Assembly (NCBI GenBank): GCA_963702205.1
Contig: OY969724.1
Span: 1,824,001-1,888,000, forward strand
Length of the DNA: 64,000 bases
Direction of reading: 5' to 3'
From: an uncultured candidate division Zixibacteria bacterium
GTDB lineage: Bacteria > Zixibacteria > MSB-5A5 > GN15 > PGXB01
Shown: positions 59,605 to 64,000 of the stretch, piece after piece
Layout of the letters: each line of letters starts with the position of its first letter
How positions within the stretch are numbered: the first letter of the stretch is position 1
Program-made: the position numbers and the translations under genes
Notes under the pieces: model-generated
Told to the model about the DNA's origin: nothing
The model's input: only the letters and a program-made list of their open reading frames with translations
The model's database searches: none

Positions 59605-59724
59605 ACGTCCTCCTTGATTGCGCATCGATATTTTTCTTCTAATTATCGGCGTTTGGAGGCCAATTCTTAATCAAAGAGACGATTTATCTGATTCTGTAAG
59701 ATTAAATAATTTATGGACTTACAT

Positions 59725-59751
59725 AAAAAAGGCGGGTCTAAGTGACCCGCC
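59725..59751 (-). terminator. Intrinsic terminator after PFOR
   Basis: Minus strand GGCGGGTC-ACTTA-GACCCGCC-TTTTTT. Confidence 0.85.
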
Positions 59752-59779
59752 CGATAAGAAATTGTGTAATCTCAGCCGT

Positions 59780-62700
59780 CTAAGCCTTAAACGCGCTGTA
59801 ATCCATCGCGGCCATTTGCTTGTAAATGCTGTAGCGACGGGTTGCTTCGGCCTGTGACTGCTCCAGCAGCATCTCCGCCCGCTCCGGCATACTGGCTTTG
59901 AGAGTGCGGAAACGTACCTCTTTATAGGCATAATCGGCGTAGCTGATGCTCGGCTCTTTGCAGTCTATTTGAAGCGGGTTTTTGCCCTGCTTGATCAGGT
60001 CGGGATTATAGCGATATAGCAGCCAGTGTCCGGAATTGACCGCCCGCTTTTGTTCGTCGAGGCCGTCTGACATATTGATGCCGTGCGCGATACAGTGCGA
60101 ATAGGCGATTATGATCGAAGGGCCGTCGTATTTTTCGGCTTCGACAAAGGCCCGGACCGTCTGATTGTGGCTGGCGCCCATCGCCACCTGGGCGATGTAG
60201 ATGTTGCCATAGGACATTAGCAGCATGCCCAGGTCTTTCTTGGGCATCGGCTTGCCGGCCGCAGCAAATTTGGCTACGGCACCTTTCGGCGAGGATTTCG
60301 ACATCTGGCCGCCGGTATTGGAATAGACTTCCGTATCCAGCACGAGGACGTTGACATTCTTGCCCGACGCCAGGACGTGGTCGAGACCGCCGAAGCCGAT
60401 GTCATAGGCCCAACCGTCACCACCGACCGCCCAGACTGATTTTTTTACGAGGTAGTCGGCAATTTCCATGAGACGGACGGTCTCCTGGTCTTTGTTTCCG
60501 GCCAGCTTTTTCTTGAGATCGGCCACCAGCTTGCGCTGTTGCTCGATTCCAGCCTGAACATGCTGATCGGTATTGCGGAAGTCATCGTACATTTCCGGCA
60601 CCAGTTTCTGCACCAGTTCATAGGCGTATTCGCTGAGCTTGTCAACCGTCAGCCTCATGCCCATAGCGAATTCGGAGTTATCTTCGAACAGCGAATTCGA
60701 CCAGGCCGGACCGAGACCGTCGGCGCGCTTGCAGTACGGAGTCGTGGGGAGGTTGCCGCCGTAAATGGACGAACAACCCGTGGCATTGCCCATGAGAGCC
60801 CTGTCACCGAACAACTGGGTCAGGAGCTTGACGTACGGTGTCTCGCCGCATCCGGCACAGGCTCCCGAGAATTCAAACAAAGGCTTGACCAGCTGGCTGC
60901 CCTTGGTGGTTTCGACATTGAACAACGACGGGTCGGTTTCCGGAAGGTCCAGGAAGAATGCGAAATTCTCGGCTTCCTGTTTCCTCAAAGGAATCTGAGG
61001 CCGCATGTAAACGGCTTTTACGCCGGTTTTGTGACCCTGCTCGTCTTTGCCTTCGACCGGGCACGACCGCACGCACAACTCACAACCGGTGCAATCTTCC
61101 GGAGCCGTTTGAAGCGTGAATTTCATTCCGGCAAATGCTTTGGTATTGGCGTCGACCGCCTTGAACGTCGGCGGGGCATCCTTAAGATATTTCTCGTCGT
61201 AGACTTTCATCCTGATCGCGGCGTGGGGGCAGACAATCGAGCAGATGCCGCATTGGATGCACAGCTCTTCATCCCAGACCGGAATATCAACGGCGATATT
61301 GCGCTTTTCGTACTGGGTTGTCCCGGTCGGGAATGTCCCATCGTCGGGCATGGCCGAAACCGGAATATCATCACCCTTGCCTTGAATAATGGCGGCCGTG
61401 ACGGTCTTGACGAAATCGGGAGCGTTGTCAGGAACGACCGGTGGCATGGTAATTTTGCTGGTTGCTTTATCGGGGTAGTTCACCTCGAAAATATTTTCGA
61501 CCGACACATCGACCGCCTGATGGTTCATCTTGACGACTTTCTCGCCCTTCTTGCCGTACGTCTTAACGATGGCGTTTTTGATGGCCGTTATGGCTTCGTC
61601 GCGGGGGAGAATGTCACTGATGACGAAGAAGGCGGTTTGCATGATCATATTGATGCGGGCGCCCAGTCCCAGATCTTTGGCGAGGGAGATGCCGTCGATA
61701 ACGTAGAATTTCAATTTCTTGTCGATAATCTGACGCTGCACTTCGACCGGCATTTTATCCCAGACTTCCTCGGGACCATAGGGACTGTTCAGGAGGAAAG
61801 TCCCGCCTTCGATTATATTCGAGAGCATGTCATATTTTTCCAAAAACGAGAAATTATGACAGGCGATAAATTTGGCTTTACGGATCAGATACGGGCGGCG
61901 GATCTCGCGCTTGCCGAAACGCAAATGCGAAACCGTGATCGCCCCGGCCTTTTTTGAATCGTAGACGAAATAGCCCTGAGCGTAATTATCCGTGTTCTCA
62001 CCGATAATCTTGATCGAGTTTTTATTGGCCCCGACGGTACCATCGGCCCCGAGCCCGTAAAACAGACCACGGAAAGTATCCGGGCCTTCAATGTCGAAGT
62101 CGTAATCGACGTCGAGGCTGGTGTTGGTGACGTCGTCGACAATACCGACCGTGAAGTGATTTTTCGGATTGTCATTCTTTAGATTGTCCAGCACGGCCCT
62201 GGCCATGGCCGGATTGAATTCCTTGGAACTCAAACCGTAGCGGCCGCCGACAATGACGGGATTCTCATTGAAGCGAGCGGTGCCGTCGGCGAGGCCTTCC
62301 CGGACGGCCGTCTGCACGTCGGTGTACAGCGGTTCACCGACCGAGCCCGGTTCCTTGGTGCGATCCAGCACGGCGATCCTTTTGACCGTCGCCGGTATCG
62401 CTTCGAGAAATGCCTTGACCGAAAACGGACGGTACAACCGGACTTTAAGCAAGCCGACTTTTTCGCCCTTTTCGACGAGGTACTCGACCGTCTCGTGCAT
62501 GGTTTCCGCACCCGAACCCATCATGATGACGATGCGTTCGGCTTCCGGGTGACCGATATAATCGAACAGGTGGTACTGACGTCCGACGACACCCGCGAAT
62601 TTGTCCATGACTTTCTGCACGACGTCGGGAGCATTCAGATAGTACTTATTGACCGTCTCGCGAGCCTGGAAGAATACGTCGGGGTTCTGCGATGATCCTT

Positions 62701-63397
62701 TGAGCGTGGGGTGGTCGGGGCTCAGCGAGCGGCGGCGATGGTCGAATATCAGGTTGTCGTCGAACATCTGCCGCATATCGTCGAAGGTAATTTCTTCTAC
62801 TTTCTGTTCTTCGTGCGACGTCCTGAATCCGTCGAAAAAGTGCACGAACGGGACGCGGCTTTCAAGAGCGGCGGCCGACGTGATCAGGGCCAGGTCCATT
62901 ACTTCCTGAATCGAGCCGGAGGCCATCAGGCCGAACCCGGTGGACCGGGTGGCCATGACGTCGGAATGGTCTCCGAAAATCGACAGCGCGTGCGTGGCGA
63001 CCGAACGGGCGGAGACGTGAAATACGGTCGACGTCATTTCGCCCGCGATTTTGAACATGTTGGGGATCATCAGGAGCAGTCCCTGAGAAGCCGTGAAGGT
63101 GGTTGTCAAACCACCGGCGGTAGTGGCACCATGGATGGCGCCCGAGGCGCCTCCTTCGGACTGCATTTCGACTACGGTTGGAATCGTTCCCCAGATATTT
63201 TTTTGTCCGGCGGCGGATTTTTCGTCCGATATTTCACCCATCCCCGATGACGGTGTGATCGGGTAAATGGCTATTACTTCACTTACCGCGTGAGCTACGT
63301 AGGCGGCGGCGGAGTTTCCGTCGATCGTGACCAGTCGGCGCTGCCCGGTGTTTTTGCCGTTTATTTTTTTCTCAGCGGTTTTTGTTTCGCTTGCCAT
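59780..63397 (-). CDS. nifJ: Pyruvate:ferredoxin (flavodoxin) oxidoreductase, single chain
   Basis: YPITPS, MQSEGG, GADGTVGANKN, two ferredoxin CxxCxxC motifs, GACAGCGE, GGDGWAYDIG. Confidence 0.97.
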   Translation of the reverse strand: MASETKTAEKKINGKNTGQRRLVTIDGNSAAAYVAHAVSEVIAIYPITPSSGMGEISDEKSAAGQKNIWGTIPTVVEMQSEGGASGAIHGATTAGGLTTTFTASQGLLLMIPNMFKIAGEMTSTVFHVSARSVATHALSIFGDHSDVMATRSTGFGLMASGSIQEVMDLALITSAAALESRVPFVHFFDGFRTSHEEQKVEEITFDDMRQMFDDNLIFDHRRRSLSPDHPTLKGSSQNPDVFFQARETVNKYYLNAPDVVQKVMDKFAGVVGRQYHLFDYIGHPEAERIVIMMGSGAETMHETVEYLVEKGEKVGLLKVRLYRPFSVKAFLEAIPATVKRIAVLDRTKEPGSVGEPLYTDVQTAVREGLADGTARFNENPVIVGGRYGLSSKEFNPAMARAVLDNLKNDNPKNHFTVGIVDDVTNTSLDVDYDFDIEGPDTFRGLFYGLGADGTVGANKNSIKIIGENTDNYAQGYFVYDSKKAGAITVSHLRFGKREIRRPYLIRKAKFIACHNFSFLEKYDMLSNIIEGGTFLLNSPYGPEEVWDKMPVEVQRQIIDKKLKFYVIDGISLAKDLGLGARINMIMQTAFFVISDILPRDEAITAIKNAIVKTYGKKGEKVVKMNHQAVDVSVENIFEVNYPDKATSKITMPPVVPDNAPDFVKTVTAAIIQGKGDDIPVSAMPDDGTFPTGTTQYEKRNIAVDIPVWDEELCIQCGICSIVCPHAAIRMKVYDEKYLKDAPPTFKAVDANTKAFAGMKFTLQTAPEDCTGCELCVRSCPVEGKDEQGHKTGVKAVYMRPQIPLRKQEAENFAFFLDLPETDPSLFNVETTKGSQLVKPLFEFSGACAGCGETPYVKLLTQLFGDRALMGNATGCSSIYGGNLPTTPYCKRADGLGPAWSNSLFEDNSEFAMGMRLTVDKLSEYAYELVQKLVPEMYDDFRNTDQHVQAGIEQQRKLVADLKKKLAGNKDQETVRLMEIADYLVKKSVWAVGGDGWAYDIGFGGLDHVLASGKNVNVLVLDTEVYSNTGGQMSKSSPKGAVAKFAAAGKPMPKKDLGMLLMSYGNIYIAQVAMGASHNQTVRAFVEAEKYDGPSIIIAYSHCIAHGINMSDGLDEQKRAVNSGHWLLYRYNPDLIKQGKNPLQIDCKEPSISYADYAYKEVRFRTLKASMPERAEMLLEQSQAEATRRYSIYKQMAAMDYSAFKA

Positions 63398-63447
63398 GAT
63401 ATATCTCCGGTAAAATTACTTTATCAATAAGTTGTACTGATTTTCCA

Positions 63448-64000
63448 TCAAGTTGTTCGAGGCAGCGTGATAAACTTCTGCCCCTGATATTTGCCTTTAC
63501 GATCTTTGTATGACACTTTACATATTTCATCGGCTCCCAGAAAGATAATCTGAGCGATCCCCTCGTTGGCGTAAATCCTGGCCGGCAGCGGAGTCGTGTT
63601 GGAAATTTCGAGGGTAGCGTGCCCTTCCCATTCCGGCTCGAACGGAGTCACGTTGACGATAATGCCGCACCGGGCGTAGGTCGATTTGCCGAGGCAGATG
63701 GTTATTACTTCACGCGGTATTTTGAAATATTCCACGGAGCGCGCCAGAGCGAAAGAATTCGGGGGGACCAGAATGGATTTGGCTTTTACGTCAACGAAGG
63801 ATTCGGTCGAAAAATTCTTGGGGTCGATTACCTCGGAGTTGACGTTGGTGAAGATTTTAAATTCGTTGGCGACCCGGATATCGTAACCGTAGGACGATAA
63901 ACCGTAGCTGACGCCTTTTTTGACCAGTTTGGACGAAAAAGGTTTGATCATGGCGTGTTTGGTGGACATTTCCTGTATCCAGCGATCGGATTTAACCGGC
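63448..64000 (-). CDS. dcd: dCTP deaminase (start codon just beyond the right edge)
   Basis: PVKSDRWI..., [34 protein letters not shown]. Confidence 0.95.
   Translation of the reverse strand, partial: PVKSDRWIQEMSTKHAMIKPFSSKLVKKGVSYGLSSYGYDIRVANEFKIFTNVNSEVIDPKNFSTESFVDVKAKSILVPPNSFALARSVEYFKIPREVITICLGKSTYARCGIIVNVTPFEPEWEGHATLEISNTTPLPARIYANEGIAQIIFLGADEICKVSYKDRKGKYQGQKFITLPRTT

Noticed and set aside
60539..61957. Long antisense ORF (472 aa), and similar ones at 1641-2660 and 19963-20946
   Set aside because: Shadow frames opposite well-supported GC-rich genes.

Overview
Chromosomal window from a moderately GC-rich, probably anaerobic diderm bacterium. Dockerin-like and FlgD/T9SS-like C-terminal tails suggest candidate division Zixibacteria or an FCB-group relative (inference). 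Most of it is housekeeping: aconitase-gcvT-comB-like, ispE-spoVG-tRNA-Gln-prs-rplY, priA, pgsA-ccmABCDEF (CxxxY-type CcmE), a TPR/ExbB/2xExbD/multi-TonB cluster, miaB, pepA, single-chain PFOR and dcd. Accessory or odd parts: (1) an AT-rich, tightly coupled DNA methyltransferase + SIR2-like + DUF262 operon, the best candidate for an undescribed defence system; (2) hot spots of REP/REPIN/dRS3-like palindromes that share sequence, flank that operon and an FG-GAP gene, and include a GIY-YIG remnant; (3) tandem NrdR-box-like sites ahead of a stand-alone NrdJ-tail-like zinc ribbon, a Ski2/Hel308-like helicase with an in-frame internal start for its C-terminal domain, and a Lon with degenerate ATPase motifs; (4) an ArsR plus tiny CC-rich protein; (5) a His-less hybrid kinase next to an HDOD protein with a HisKA-like tail. 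Two +1 frameshifts (miaB and the sensor gene) look like consensus errors. All calls come from reading motifs by eye; no searches were run.
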